A stretch of 64,000 nucleotides of DNA from Octopus sinensis (taxonomy: Eukaryota). Made by a program: the position numbers and the translations under genes. Shown one piece after another: positions 43,154 to 58,597 of this stretch. The stretch lies in assembly GCF_006345805.1 (NCBI RefSeq), contig NC_043016.1, forward strand, positions 24,614,001-24,678,000, written 5' to 3'. Each line of letters opens with the position of its first letter. Position 1 is the stretch's first letter. The notes beneath the pieces were generated by a model. That model saw only the letters and a program-made list of their open reading frames with translations, was not told the DNA's origin and ran no database searches.

Positions 43154-43234
43154 TCAAAAAGGCCGATTTGACAATTGGTCTGAACTTGCAGTTCTGCTTC
43201 GGATACTAAGGTCGCCTATAGATCGACGATTTTC
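43154..43234 (-). CDS. KLC: Kinesin light chain, last coding exon
   Basis: Acceptor ttctgctttttaattgcag|. Reads ENRRSIGDLSIRSRTASSDQLSNRPF*, in frame (phase 0) with the preceding exon. Confidence 0.88.
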   Translation of the reverse strand, partial: ENRRSIGDLSIRSRTASSDQLSNRPF

Positions 43235-43526
43235 CTGCAATTAAAAAGCAGAAAAAAGAAAAATTTGAGTTTTAAGTAATATTTTTATGGAAAAACATCA
43301 AAATGGAAAAAAAGAGGGAGAGGGTGTAAGAGAGAGAACAGTTCAGATGAAATTTTTTTTTTAATACTTGTGTTAAGACCAAGTAGTTTTGTGAGAAGTT
43401 TACAAAAGAAAGGAGTATCTAGTTTGGCATATTATAGGTGGAACTGCAGTGCCTATAATTTTCCTAACTCAAACATTAGCACTGCTGAGACTACATCTCA
43501 ATATATTTCAGACTTTTAAACCTTAT

Positions 43527-43745
43527 TTAGCTCTTTAGCGTTCAGATTACTCAAATGTAATGCTTATTTATTCACATTGTTCTGAATTAATAATGTATTT
43601 ACTCACAGCTTTGAGATTTTGATGACATGACTGTTTATTTTTAGAATGACATTGTAGGACAGATGTGAGTGACCAGATATGGCCAGTTTGAATGTTAATC
43701 TGGTGGAATATTTTGACTGGATATGGCCAGTTTAAATGCTTACAT
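43527..43745. mobile_element. Decayed piggyBac-like MITE in a KLC intron
   Basis: Degenerate ends ttagctctttagcgttcag ... ggccagtttaaatgct; internal repeated gatatggccagttt. Confidence 0.45.
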
Positions 43746-45511
43746 TATAAAAGGACAATGAACAGTAAATTTAAAATTGCAATATTAAAATCTATTCTGC
43801 TCAACAATCTGTTAATTCTCAATCGTTTATTCAGAAAAGAAACTTCATTTCAGGATTATTTAAAAAGCCCATCAGCAGTGCTTTACTATCAGCATCAAAT
43901 CAATACTTCTCTCTTATAGAATGAGAGTTGTTCTTGTTATCACATGAGCTGAATGAGTAAGGAACAGACATAATTTCCTACAAGAGTTCCTATATTCATT
44001 GAGGGATTGAGTGAAAGAAGTCAGTGTATAAGAGTTAAATTACTTTAGTAATTAGTATTTATCATTGTTTTATGAGAATATTGGCTAGTAGAGAATGTAG
44101 GGACAGTACAATTCAAATATTATGGAGTGTTGGCTATAAATTTGGCAGTAAACCAAATAATATGTTTTCTCTGTAAAGTGTTTATCCAAAACAAAGCCAT
44201 TGTTGCTACAAGACCTTTACCTCTGGAATCCTAATTCAATTGAATAACCTGGTGGTGACCATGTTTGATGGCACTGATCACCTGATCATAAGTTCAATTC
44301 CCTGCAGTCTGATGTGTCCTTGAGCAAGATACTTTATTTCATGTTACTCCAGTCCACTCAGCTGGTAAAAGTGAGTTGTATCTGTATATCAAAGGGCCAG
44401 TCTTGTTATGTGCTACACTGAATCTCCTTTAGAACTACAATAAAGGTACACATGTCTGTGGAGTACTCAGCCACTTGCACATTAACTTCACAAGCAGGTT
44501 GTTCCATTGATTGAATCAACTGGAGCACTTGTCGTAACAAACAGAGCGCTAATTAGTTATAGTAATATATCATGGGAAGTATACAATACTATCATATGAA
44601 TGTTACATCTTTGTTTCCATTTAAAAAAAAATTACATTCACACTTGGGGCTATATTTGATTGATATACAGTTTTGTCAGTTTTTGTAGAAGGAAAAAAAC
44701 TATAAAGTGATTGGCATTTGGAAGGGCATCTATTCTAAAAACCTTGCCAAATCAGGCCTCACCAGTGTTGGAGCCATGTAAAAAGCACTCAATCCACTCT
44801 GGTTCCTGGAGAGCAATAAACACTTCTGAATTTCTCCCTCACAATTTCTTTTGCTTTCTTCAATTAATTAAAGTTGAGTAATCCTCTCAAACTGAATTCA
44901 ATATCCTTGAATTAACTTAAAACCCTAAAGTTCCCAGGCTGAATTAAAATCATAAAAGAACAGAAAAAGTAAAGAAATATACATGGAGTTATTTAGATTT
45001 AAAAAAAAAATGTCTGTTCCGATTACAGCAAAAGTCTAAATGTCAAGCATGGGTTTGTACTAAAGCACTGCTAGTTTTTAAACCATTTTATTGACGAGTT
45101 ACCAAAAATTCTGATGTCAGGCATATGTCACAAGGAAATCCAAATATACAAAACTTCTCACACTGCTGTCAAAATATGGAGAATATGTAGAACATGAGAA
45201 TTGTCAGCCTAAACCAACTACAAAACTAAAATCTGACATACTGAAATGAGAGTCATACATTGCTTAAATTAATCCTTCCTCTCATAAATGTTTTTTGCTT
45301 ACAATAAATCCATTGATTAGTTGGGTTTTTTTTAGGTCCCCCCCCCCACCAAATCAATTAAAAAATACCCAATGAGAATAATTAGAAAAACAAAATAGTA
45401 ATTATTGATAAAGTGAACAAATAAAATTAAGTAAAACATACTACACAATCTGAAAGTGTGGCTGACTCTGCAACTTAAAAAGAATTCAAAGAAAAATTAG
45501 TCAAACCTTAC

Positions 45512-45569
45512 ACTTAATTTATCTTTACTGCTTGTGGGGAGTACTGACAAGGAGCTTGCTCTTTTCATA
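45512..45569 (-). CDS. KLC: Kinesin light chain exon MKRASSL
   Basis: Acceptor ttattttgcag|, donor |gtaagg, 58 nt, phase 2 to 0. Reads (S)MKRASSLSVLPTSSKDKLS, matching vertebrate KLC MKRASSLN. Confidence 0.92.
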
Positions 45570-48500
45570 CTGCAAAATAAAAATAAGTACAAGATAAAAT
45601 ACTGGAAAAAGAATAAAAACTGACACTGAAAACCACCCCAAAATTTCAACAACAATGAAATTAGTACTAACGAAAAACAAAGTGGTGTGTTAGTTGAACG
45701 ATAAAAACAAATCTCTATATTGCAATTTCTATATGTAGCATCATTCATAAAGAATGCAACAGAGAGGAAGAGGAGAAGGAGGACGAAAAGAGAGAGAGAG
45801 TAAGAAATATAATTTCAAAAAAAGGAGAACTAAATGTGTGAATTTATTTTTATAAACTGAAATTATTGATATTAAATCAATTGCATACATCTTTACAGTT
45901 GGCAGGCATTTTTCTTTTCTTTATGTTTATTTCAATTAAATGCTTACCTAGCTATGAATATGACATTTACTATTACTTTAGTACTCGAGATGTTAACATA
46001 CAAGTGTAGCATCATCAGATGTTCATTTTGTAGTAAACATACTTGATATATTATATCACAAAACACTAATAATTAGCTTATAAATCAGCATTGGGCCAGA
46101 GATGTTTTCGGGAAGGCACATTGGATTTAATTAACCCTTCATATTTCACTGGTTTATCAAATTTCACCTAATGAAGCTGATCTCTTGTAAAATTTGGAGT
46201 AACCCTAAAAACAATTTGCATTTCAGGACTAATGTGAAGCTAAATGACAGGAACAGATCACCAAGTCAGACTATATATTAGTCAGCCTGCTAGAGACAGA
46301 AGCTAAATTTTCCTCCAACACGCACCCTACCACCTTGAAAAAGAGACTCATCAGATAATGTAGTCATAGTGGTTAGGATATTGCATCTACAATCTTGCAA
46401 TCATAGCTTCAATTCTTGGACTGGGCTGAATGTAGTGTGTTCTTGAGCAAAACAATTTCATGTTGTTCCTGTCCACTCAGCTGTAACTCTGTGATAACTG
46501 GCATCCTATTCAAAGGGAATGTTGTGATCTCAGTCACTTGTATGCCGGGAAAACCAAGTAATTGACCCCATAAGTCCTGGGATTTGAGACAATAACATCC
46601 AAGGACTGATAATGAGGATGAAGCAAAGAATGTGTTGGCCGTCAATCAAGTTCTGTTAATTGAGGCTAACTACAACCAAGCAACAATGAATGATGTTTCT
46701 AGATATAAATTTTTAAAAAAAAATTATTATCCACTGTTCCTTAATTTAACAATTTGAAAGTACAGTTAACTTGGCAAAAATAAGTAATGAGACATTATGA
46801 ACTCAACATTTAGTCTAGTTCTGCCTCTACAGCTTTTCACACTCAATGATTTCTGACAGTGATAGAAAGTCATTGATTCAAGTGACAAAATGGCTTTGAT
46901 ATTTCATTAACCAAAAGAGGATGATGATGATGATAATGGTTAAAATAATTTCTTATTAGACACCAGAGTTAAAATTTGGGGAAAGAGAACAGCTGCTTAT
47001 ATTATTTCACTACATGACTTGTACTTCATTTTACCACCACCACCCTAGGAAAGTTGGCCTTGGTGGAATTAGAACTCAGAATGTAAAGAGTCAGAATAAT
47101 GTGCTGATTTCTTGTGAAACATAATTCCTCAAAGTTATAAAATAATAAACATTTTAATGGTTTCCTAATGATGAGGTTTCAGTCAGGATATTGCTCCAAG
47201 TTCCCTGTTATCAGCAACAATCAGGAAGCTGCAATGAGAAATTTGTGCCTTTTCCAGTTTAATATTGGTTTCAAATTTTGGCACAAGGTGAGCCATTTTG
47301 GGGGAAGGGCTAAGTTGATTAGATTGACCCCAGTACTCAACTGGTACTTATTTTATCAATCCCAAAAGGATGAAAGGCAAAGCCAACCTTGGCAGAATTT
47401 GAACTCAACATGCTGGGCAAAATGCTTAGCAGTATTTCATCCATCTTTAAGTTCTAACGATTCTGCCCAGCTGGCTGCCTTACAGTAGTTTAATATTTGT
47501 GTTTATTATTTCTTTTATGATGTCAAATCATGTAAAAGTAACGTCTACAGAAGAAGTAAGTTCATGTCCCACAGGCAGCCTGTGAAATATACATTGGTTG
47601 GTTGATTACAGTGAAACAGAGTGGGTTTTTAAAACTAATGTATTCATCACTGGTTAAAAATCAGGTAAATATTTATTATAAAAAAACAGAATCAATCAAA
47701 ACTATATAAATACAACATAGTAGTGCATCTCTGAGAGCATATCAATCTTGTTAAATAAAATGGACAGTAATTTTTCTCAATGCAAAGATTATTAGTTTTT
47801 GAAATGAAAGGCAAAAACAATGATAATGATAAATAAACGATTTTTTAAAAAGTATTTTTCCAGAACATAAGATGCTGTCAAACTGTGTACTTTGTTGAAG
47901 GTAATTAATTAAATTGCTAAATTCTTAATTTAGAATAAGACATACATACACACAAACACACACATTTATGTACATACATATGTGTGTATATATTATGTGT
48001 ATATGTGAGTACATATATAAATGTATATGTATATATCTATATGTGCATGTATGTATGGTGAGTGTTGTTAAATATTGTTTATGAGGTATTTCACATTTTT
48101 TCTTTTCTTTTGAAGACAAAAAAAAATGGAAGGAATAAAGAGGAAGACAATCAGGATGGGTGTGGCAGTCTGGAGAAGCAGGTTTTTGTGAAAGTGGATG
48201 CAATCAAATCACAAAATGCACAAAAAATGGGAACAACAATGTAAATAATAACAGCAACAACAACTACAACCACAACAACAAGGCATTCCGATCAAACTGC
48301 CAAATATTAAGAACAAAACTGAAGTTAAAAAAGTAAATTTTTTTCTTTTAGAAGACATGTAAAAGCTAAGGTAAAATTATATTAAGATGCCAATGTCCAT
48401 TGTAATTCTCTCTTTTTTCTTTTTTTAAGTAAGGCTCAAAGTTTGGCCTGCAGGAAACTTATAAAAAAATTTGTTTTAATTAATTTACTTAACTGGACAT

Positions 48501-51500
48501 ATTTTAATCTTTTCTAAATCTCCGAAACAACTAAAATCATTAATTCTTTATGAAACAGAAATATTAAAATAATATTTCTTAAGTTGAAATTTCAGTATTT
48601 TAAGAAATATATAATGTTTGAGATTATAGAATCTTACAGACAGAATTTTGTAACGGTTCATGGATTTGATGGTCATTTGCATTCAATTATGACTTGTACT
48701 TAAATTTATATTCTTTAAATGGTTATCAAAAAGCCATCATTATTACATTCAAAATTCAAAGAAAACAATAATATCTATTCCTTTTTCAGTTTAAGAAAAT
48801 TAAATAAAAAAAAATCAAATAACTCAAGAACATTAAGATTTTAATTCTTAAACATGAATACAACTTTTTTCTCATCAGTGACAACATAATTCTAGTTATA
48901 AAATCTCATGAATTTAAATAAAGAAAATTTAATACTATATTTTAAACTATATATATATATATATATAATTTTTTGATGAGGTGAATAACTGCTTTAATTA
49001 AAAAAATGACCTGAAATCTACATTAATAAATGTATTTAAAAAAATACAGAGATATAGAAAGCCAGATCTTAAAATTATAAAGATGAAATACTATGCAGCC
49101 TAACTTAACTGGAAATGCATTTTAATTTTCTTGCAGAAGAAAGAAATGTAAAATGAAAAACATGCTTTTATATTGAAAACAAACTACAGATTAATTGTCA
49201 AACTTCATGTAACTACAGACCCAAGAGTATCAAAACATGTGCGTCTGTCTGTCTGTATATTCGTGTGCGTGTGTGTGTGTGTGCGAGTGTGTATATATAC
49301 ATATATATATCCATTCCTAAAACTCTCGAGAATGATGATCATACATTTCCATGATAAGTATAAAAGTTTAATAATAAATGGCAGTGGATTGGTCCAGCCA
49401 GTATAGCTTGTGTCCATTAAAAATGGATAAAGGCATATTGCTGCTGCTGCTGCTGCTGTGTTTATTCATTTATTATTTTATTTATTATTTATTTTTTGCT
49501 GTGTGAGTTGTTATTGTGGCTGCACCTCAGCTATTTTTAAAAAATGCAAAAAAAAAAAAATCATCCAAAACAATATACTGAAATCAATATCTTTTATAAT
49601 TCTTCTGTTCCCTTTAAAATGAAGCTTCTACCCTGATTATATACTTTATTCTTTTTTTTTTTTTTAAATAAAATTAAATAAAAAAACAAGGCTGATAACA
49701 GCTGACTAGTGTCATAAAATATTAAAGTAAAAGACAGAATGTTTGTATATTATTATAGTATGCTGAACCTTTGAAACTAAACAGTTAATCACAGACTCAC
49801 ACACACTTATACAGTTTAGGCACATGTTTGGAATTAAAATTTTATCCAAGTGGAAAGACCAAGTTATTAACAATTAACTGAATGAAAATGGTTGTTGTTT
49901 TACGTCGCTGATATTTATATTAAATGAAAATAAAATCTAAAACAACTATAAATGGCTCTCAGTTTCTAATATGTATTCTTCATTAGCATAATTTCATAAA
50001 ATAACGGTGGTGGTGGTGGTGATGAAGATTGCCGTTTGCTTAACTATAAATTTTAGATAAATGTGAAATCAGTGACAAATTGAAAATAGTAAAATAATTT
50101 TCAATAGAAAATTTGTGAACAATGGAAATAAGTTATTTTAGCAATTAAAAGAATAAAATAATTAAGATAGACTGCTATTTTACATATAATATATATGTAA
50201 AGCTTTAATATTTTAAGAAAACATTTCTTATTTTACAAACAAAAAGGAATGGGCCTGATATATATCTCAACAAAATTTGATGCCATTTTAATATCAATTA
50301 TGATGCATATAAATGTCATATAATGAAAATTAAGTTAATCACAAATTCTGAAGGATAGTATTTAAACAGGACAGCAGTTAGTATAAAGGGAAAGCAAATT
50401 ATTTGTTTTTTCTAAACTGTAGCGCTTTTGAAATGGGTTGATCAGTGCGGGATAAACAAATGGGTTATACGAACAATATCTTTCAAACTAGCTTATATGT
50501 GTGAAACAGGGAAAAGTTATTAAAAAAAAAAAAACAGGTGGGGGAGGTTGGATGAACTGAGTTATTGGGTTGGTTAGCAGATTCATAAAGACTATCAGGA
50601 TATTTTTTTTATTATAGTGTTTTTGTTTTTGTTTTTCATCATTCTCCTCACCTTGGAGCGTAAGGGACAAGAAGAGAGTCCAAATTGCTGGATTAAACAA
50701 GAAAGGAACAAAATTAGTATGATTAATTTTCAAAACTATCAGGATCTAATTACACTTTTTTTTTTTTTGCTAAAATACTCGGAGTAAATCATTACAAATA
50801 TAATTCAAACATGACTGCTCTGTGTATTGAAACCATCCCATGCATAACCACTGCATATGACAGGAAAGCAACAATTTAAGAATCCAACAATCCTTCAGAA
50901 ATGATGGTTCTTGGCATTGAATGTGGAACATCAGATGTGCTTTTATAGGCATGAGTGCACATAGATGATATAGTTTTATAACATACTGTAGCAGGAACAG
51001 TAATTCTTCATACTATATTGTATTAACCACTGAAACACAATCTGACCCAAAGGAAAAAGTTCTTTTCTAATATGACATTATTTCAAAATAAACTCTAGTT
51101 CTATTCAAATTAAGATCGTTTTCAAATACATTTGTCTACTGAAAGAATGTGTTTAATTATAGCTTGTTAGAATGATTACCAACATTACCTTTGGGAATTG
51201 CAGATGCATTATAATACAATACAAATAGACAATATTTAGAAATGAGCAGCAGGTTTAGGACTGAATTAATGACATACAGCATAAATAATGGGGGAATGTT
51301 TAACTGAGAAGAATGTTATTTGTAATTAGATTTGAATTGGGAGGGGGGACAAAAAAACAATGAAAGAAAGAGAAAGTTTGAGTAAATCGGAGAATAATTA
51401 TACCTGTAAAGTCTCAAAATATAGTTTTACTATATGTTAGGTATCTTAATTTGAATATCAAATATTTAGGGAGGTGATAAGAGATAGGACATACTTATCA

Positions 51501-53621
51501 ATAAGATATATTTTATGAAAAGAGATTAAATAGGATAGAAAATTTTAAAAAGTAAATCATAATAATAATAATAAATGTGTGTGATTAAGAGTGTGAATGT
51601 GTGTAGGTCTACACATCCAGATGGAAATATCAAATATATGAAAATATTCATATTTGTATAAAATTTAATTTAGAAGTATATATAATCTTCCTCATGTAAA
51701 GTCATTAAAAAAGGAATTTGCAGTATACCATACTTTTAAAGATAAAATTATAAGAACATTGGTGAACTTTGCAAATTCTAAATTTAGCAAAATAATAATT
51801 TACAAATCTACTCACTATTTATAAACCAAATGTTTATTATATTTGTGTATAAGAGTAAAGTTGTAAATATAATAATGCACTGACAATTTTATAGAATGAA
51901 AGGCATGAAACTGAAATAATTATAGTGTAAAAAAACCTACAACTAAAATAATTAAGCAAACTAATTAAATCTCCTAACTTATTAGTAATGTTATAAATAA
52001 ACTATATATAACAATTTTAATTACATGAATCCAAAATGTAAACTATACTAGACGTATAACACTGCATCTATTAATGTCACATTTCATGTCTAAAAATGTA
52101 GGTTTATTAGTCATATTTGTTTTGTTTTGTTTTTTTCTTTCTGAAGAATAAACCTCAAAAATTCAGCTTATATTTTGTCTTTCCTCTTATTCAAATATTT
52201 TACTTATGCTTAGAGATGGTCAAATATTTTTTTTAAATGTCATGTACAAGTATCAGATAAAAAAAGAAAAAGAAAAAAGTAAATAGCTTTAAGATTATTG
52301 CTCAAGGACAAAACTTAGAAACATATTTCAGAACTACAGTACAAAATACACATGTTCTATGTGTAAATGTAGATGTAACGGATACGAGTAAAAGAATCAA
52401 AAGTGAGTAGAGCTGCCTGTGTCATCTAGTACATTTTAAAAATACAATATTCAACAGCAATCAGATGTTTACAGGAGATGGCTTTAAGAAATGTTTCACA
52501 CACACATACATGCACTCTCACATACACACATGCACACACTAAATAGTTCTAGACTTTTCATTTATCCAATGAAGCTGAATTTAATTATTACATACCATCA
52601 ACCAATAAGTACCATACAAAAATAAAACCAACCAAAGAAATATTGCTCAATGAAAATGCCAAGAAAATCAACATGTTTATAATCTTCTAAAAGTCATGAA
52701 TAATAAATTAACAAAAAATAAAAAAATAAAAATTGTGTAACACTAAGAATTTCAGAAACCAATTAATCATTTAAAACAAAGAAATCAAAGATGAAATTTT
52801 TCATGAGTCAAAATAAATCTTAAAATAGCTTAATATACATTTTCTATATATGGACATAAATTCTGGAAGGTAGCATGCCTTTCATTCTAAGAGTTAGCCA
52901 AATACATTTATTTATTTAAAATTTTAATCTATTGTAGGTCATTAGAGAATACGCAGGTAGTTCAAGTGTGATTCTAAATGAAAACATATTTCTTTAAAAA
53001 TGGCCATTGGTTTCCTTTTCCTTGATTGTGTCAGACAAGGAAATGCTGCCAATTTTGGTTCTTAGTGAAATGCTTTTATTAGGAATACGTTTATACAAAG
53101 TAATCTACATCTGAACTATTTGTTTGTGTGTGTTTTTATGTATGGACTAACTAATTACAAAATCTCAAGGAAAACTATTGCCACAAACAATTTCATGATA
53201 TCAACTAAAAGAAATCCATGCAATAACCCTGGGACACACCCCATAAAAAAAAAGTAAACAAAAAAAAGAAGAAGAAAAAAAACAGTACTATCCACCCATC
53301 CAATAAAGTATACATGGAGATAAATTTGAATTTTTTAAAATATTTTGTCAGTCTCTTTGTAATAACCTTAACAAAATTGTTGAAATTAATTTTAATTTGG
53401 CAATTCAAATGAATAATTTTTTTTGTTTTATAGTGAGTACATTTGGAACTGTTTGGCCCAAACTGATTATTCATATACTCAGTTCTTACATATAGCACCT
53501 AAATATTCTTTAGAGATTTTCAATCTGTACGAGTATGCGCCATTACACACACTCACACCCACACACACACACAGATTTTTTAAATAATATTAAAAACTGG
53601 TGGCAATAATTATTAGAGCAA

Positions 53622-53649
53622 CAGTAGTAGTAGTAGTAGTAGTAGCAGC

Positions 53650-53683
<34 letters not shown>
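53622..53683. repeat. (TAG)n(CAG)n compound triplet repeat; CUG/CUA repeat in the KLC pre-mRNA
   Basis: Directly visible, about 25 nt downstream of the donor of exon 53708-53829. Confidence 0.9.
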
Positions 53684-53707
53684 AGCTACTAGAAGACTCA
53701 TCCTTAC

Positions 53708-53829
53708 CTGCCAGGTGTGTCAGAATCTCCAAATCCTCTGCCTTTCAGTTTCTGGACCAGTTTAGCACTGCTACGCCTTATGGAAGCTCTCAGTTTGGAA
53801 AATGAGCCACTGCGCTTAAGTTTCCCACT
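53708..53829 (-). CDS. KLC: Kinesin light chain exon encoding the C-terminal amphipathic helix
   Basis: Acceptor cctcatcag|, donor AG|gtaagg, 122 nt, phase 0 to 2. Reads SGKLKRSGSFSKLRASIRRSSAKLVQKLKGRGFGDSDTPG, nearly identical to KLC1 LKRSGSFSKLRASIRRSSEKLVRKLKG. Confidence 0.95.
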
Positions 53830-56800
53830 CTGATGAGGTTAATTTAAATGTGTGAGGAGCCATATTCAAGGAGGAACATGCCAAGAGTGGTGAGAGGGGA
53901 CATGGTGATCACTACATTGACAACAACATTTACATTTTTTTTCCATATTTTTCTTTTTTTTTTTCTTTAAAAGTTACGTATTTTTCTCAGTAAATAAATT
54001 TGGTTATGGCAGATGAAAAATGGACAGACTGACTCTTGTGTATGTAATTTAGTGCTTCAGCCGTGACATACAACACACACATACTTTAACAAATAATGTG
54101 CAAGCGGAGTTAGTTGTTAAGGTAACAAAGCTTTTTAAAAAGCTAGCTTTAAAATGAATTTTTTTCTCTCTTTATATTCAGAGTAATTTTGTAGGGTTAA
54201 AATTTATATTTCATTGTATGAATTATTCTAAACATTTTTTTTTAAATATGGGAATATTTGAAAAAAATTATCATCCCCTCTAACCACTTAAAACACAAAA
54301 TATAATCTTTTAAAAGTCATGCATCAAAAAACATTAAAAAACGTAAAACACAATATATATATTTAAACTCATGCTACAACATGTCTAATAGTAGTTATTA
54401 TATGTAAACTAACAGTGTGCTTAAGTAATCAAAGTTATATTTTACTACTGAAAATTCTTTAATTAAAAAAAAAAAAAAAAAAATTCTTCAAAACTAGTTT
54501 TGGCAGAACTTCAAAGCACATGATTTAGGACTGTGGAACAGGCAGGTACTAAACCAAAGTTAAGTTGAGCACTTTTTAACAGCACTTTCCAAGGTAATAA
54601 AATTATTTTGGGTCACTGCTGTAACTGTTTATTGTAATGTGAATCTAATATGCTGAACACAAACTTTTAAGTTTTTATCGTTTAGACACCCTTAAATATA
54701 CATACAGGAATACATATACACAGACTTACACATCATTATTTTACATGCTTTTTCTCTCTGACATAGCTGGACAAGTTGTCACATTGTCTTCAAACCCACC
54801 TACTTTGGGTGTTGTATATTTCTTAATATACAACACATTTTATCATCCACTAGAGATTGTTCTCTGCAAAGAAGGCCAAAGAGTCTCCACTCACCTACAT
54901 CAGTTCATTTGTTTGCTATTTCTGCTCTGTTGAGGGCAGAGTAGCTGGTGATACAGTTTGTGGAGTCTTTGGCATGGTTTCAGTGGTTAAATATGATGCC
55001 CTTCCTATTACCTACAGCTTTATAAAATATGTTAGGTGGATTTTATCATGCTTCCTGCATCAGAGGTGTTGTCTTACGAGGAGAGCTAAAGAGTCACTTA
55101 ACTCTGTATTAATTCATATTCAGAGTTACTACTCTTCTCAACAAGTTGCTTGCAATGTAATACCTTGTAGATCTGATGTTTCATTTGTACGGTAAGGGAA
55201 GGAGTGGGTATTAGGTACCAAATACAGGGATGTGATGGCAATCTTATGTGACCTTTTATAAAGGTTATTGCCATTAGATGAAAGAAATAGAGAGGATGGG
55301 GTTGCAAAAATATCCTCAGCTTCTGAGAGTGGGAGTGTCTCCACAGAAATAAACAGGGGCATATTGAAAAGTTCTCAAAAGATTTTGAGGAGTTAAGAGA
55401 GAATTATGTTTGGTGGTGTGGGCAAGTGGTTATACCATCCCAAAACACATAAATAGCCCATGTTCATAAGAGAAAGGACAGAGACAGAAAAGAGAAATAG
55501 AAAGAATAAGAGAGAAGGGAAATGTATGAGAGACAGATATGATTTAAATATAAAAAATTAAAAATTCTTTTCAAAGACGAGGGTTTGAGTTATTATTAGG
55601 GAGTGTCTCACTCCTGATCTTAAAATGACACGGTGCTTAATAAATATTATTCCACACTACCTAATAGTGTTGAGTACTTCTTTGCACTTAGTATTTCATA
55701 TATACTGTCATCCATTACACAAATATGTGCAATCACACACAGACAAATGTGTGTATCTTTATGTATACCTATATACATACATATACACACCATATATACA
55801 TGTGTGTATGTACACGTGTGTATACACACACACACGGTATACACAAACACACACTTCATACACACACACACACATGCACACCATTCTTTAATGTTACATA
55901 ATATGCAACATTTTGTTCTAGCGGGTTGAAAAAAATCCTACAAAGTTTGCAAAATTTTAATTACAAACAACAAAAAGAAAACAAAAGAAAATACTTAATG
56001 CAAGCTAACACAACCTTAAAGTTAGCCCAAACAAAGAGGCAGAGAGTAAATAGCTGAATTTGTGCGAAATTAGTTAATTGCACCAACATTGAACAACTGT
56101 ACTTGGGTGTACAGGAATGCATGCACAAGGAAGTGTTTCAAGTTGCATGTTTGTATGTGTGTGCACATGTGTATATAAATATACATGGAAAGAGATAAGT
56201 GCTGGGTTTACACAAATTGAAAAGTGCTCAAATGTCTTTTTTTTGTAAACAAGAATGGGAAATATTCGTAGAAATATGGATGACAATCAGGATACAAACA
56301 CCATCCTCTGCAAAATGACCTGCTAAACATCGATTGGCTGCTTTTACTACCTGGTAGTGATGTTTTATGGTAGGTTCTTTTTATGTGTTTTAAATTACAC
56401 ATTTTTTATATTAATCTTCTTTTAATGATGGACCAACAATAGGACTGTTGAGCGAGATTGGTCTAATTCTAAATATTTTTGTAATACTCTTTAATATGGA
56501 TACAAAACCTTACTTTTGATTTGTTAGGAGATATAATGCTACTGTTTGATTCAACTAGCTAGAGAGCATGTGCACATGTCTATAAACATATACACGTTTG
56601 TTTGGCCTTAACTCTAGATAAATATCTGTGTTTTTAATCAAGTTTTTCTTTTTTTTTTTTGGAAAAAATCTATAAACTGAACAATTTAAGAATGAAAAAG
56701 AAAAAAAAATATCAACAGAAAAAAATCCCCAAATATTTTACCCTTGTGTACAAAATAGAAAACAAAGAGGAGAAACTTTTGTTGGCAACTCTACAGTATA

Positions 56801-58559
56801 AGAAAGTAAAAAATAATACATGCATATATAATAAATTAAGCTAAAATACCAACAGCATTTGCATAAAAAGCAGCCATGAAAATAGCAAAAAAAAATTTTA
56901 AAAAACATAAATATGTATATATAGCTAAAGTCATGAACATATAAGTTGATTTTTAATTTAATAGCTAAATTAGAAATTTCAAATGAAATATGTAAAAAAA
57001 AAAGTTTGTTGTTTAACCAACTAAATACAACATTTGAAGAAATATTTTACAACCATAACTAAAAAACACTTTGGGGAGGTTATTATGAAGAACATTGTCT
57101 TTTGTAAATTGCATTAGTATGATGTATGAGTTATAGTGTTATATTTTAAAGTACAATATTTAAAAAAAAATAAATTTAGTTGAATATCTTTATACCAAAG
57201 ACATATATTTTGTCTCACAGTTATGAAATACAGAAAGGGTTTCGATGCTACCAGTAAATATATACAGATTTACTTAGTTACCAATAATGAACAATCCCTT
57301 TTGAAATGGTATGCTTAGTCTTATGATTTTTGTTGTTCATCAAAGTGAGAGACAATTTGGAGAAAAACGTGTCCAACATCTTGTACATTTGAAATATAAT
57401 AAAATTTCTAGTTTGATAGGTCTTTCAACTGAATGAACTATGAGATTTAGTTACTACATGGAGCATGTACTCTTCTGTTAGTTTGTACATATTGTAGTAA
57501 AGCAGCCAGTTAGATTTGGAGTACTTGTTAGTAATTTCTCTGAAAGGAATACTCATTACACGAATCATTCTCTTGATAATCTTTTGTTGATTCTAACTTC
57601 CAGATTATTTTGGAATAAAGACTGAAGTTAATTTTGCTTCCCAAACAAATTCCAAACATTTAATGCAATTAGCATTCTTTAATAATCAGCTTTCATTTTT
57701 TTTTTTTTTTTTTTTATTAAATACTGTCAATATTTCCTCCAATCATCAGTAGGAGAAAAGTCACAAAGTTTTCACATACACAGAGTTAAATCAGAAAACT
57801 GTTGTTTCATACAGTCAAACACCTGAGTAAATTAAACAGAAATTTCTACCAATTTTTAATTTATAGAAAATAGTGCCCTGAATTTATCATTTTATCATTA
57901 TTTCCATTTAAACTATTTTTTAAAAAACTATATACAAGGCATTTACCAAGGATCATTTGTTACATTATACACTCATTAAGAATTTTGAGCGTAAGTCAGG
58001 TAAGGTGTATATGAAAAATATTTTACAAAAATATCAAAGCCTTTTTATTTTTAGTTAAAATATACTTAAATATTTGTACTTAAACCAATGTTTTAATTAC
58101 TTTAAAAATTACTAAAGTTATATCTCAGTCCAACTAGGAATACAGCAACATCAAAGTCAACAATGTCTAAATACATACACACACAAACACTAAGAGATTG
58201 TTCCAAAACTATATTAGTTGAAATACTAATCAGCATTTCTTTGCTTCATACAATTAGTAATTGCACATTCCTTTGAAAATGAAGTAATACAGGCTATATA
58301 ACAGAATACATCAATTAGTAAGAACATTTGGTAAAACAGAGAAAAGATAATTAGAATAAATGATTGAATGAATATGAGTTGCCATGTTAACAGATTACTT
58401 GATGTTTTTGGCTTTTCTACTAGGTGTTTTTGTAACTATTGAAACTTGTCAACTAAGCTCCTTATACAGAACTGAAAGTAAGAAAACTAATATGAAATCA
58501 CACACTTGCCTATAACCTATAAATTTTTGATCTGCTTATACATACATACACACACACAC

Positions 58560-58597
<38 letters not shown>

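Noticed and set aside
45942-45953. 4-nt CTAG stop microexon or recursive AG|GT site in a KLC intron
   Set aside because: Good donor but almost no pyrimidine tract; cannot be distinguished from chance.
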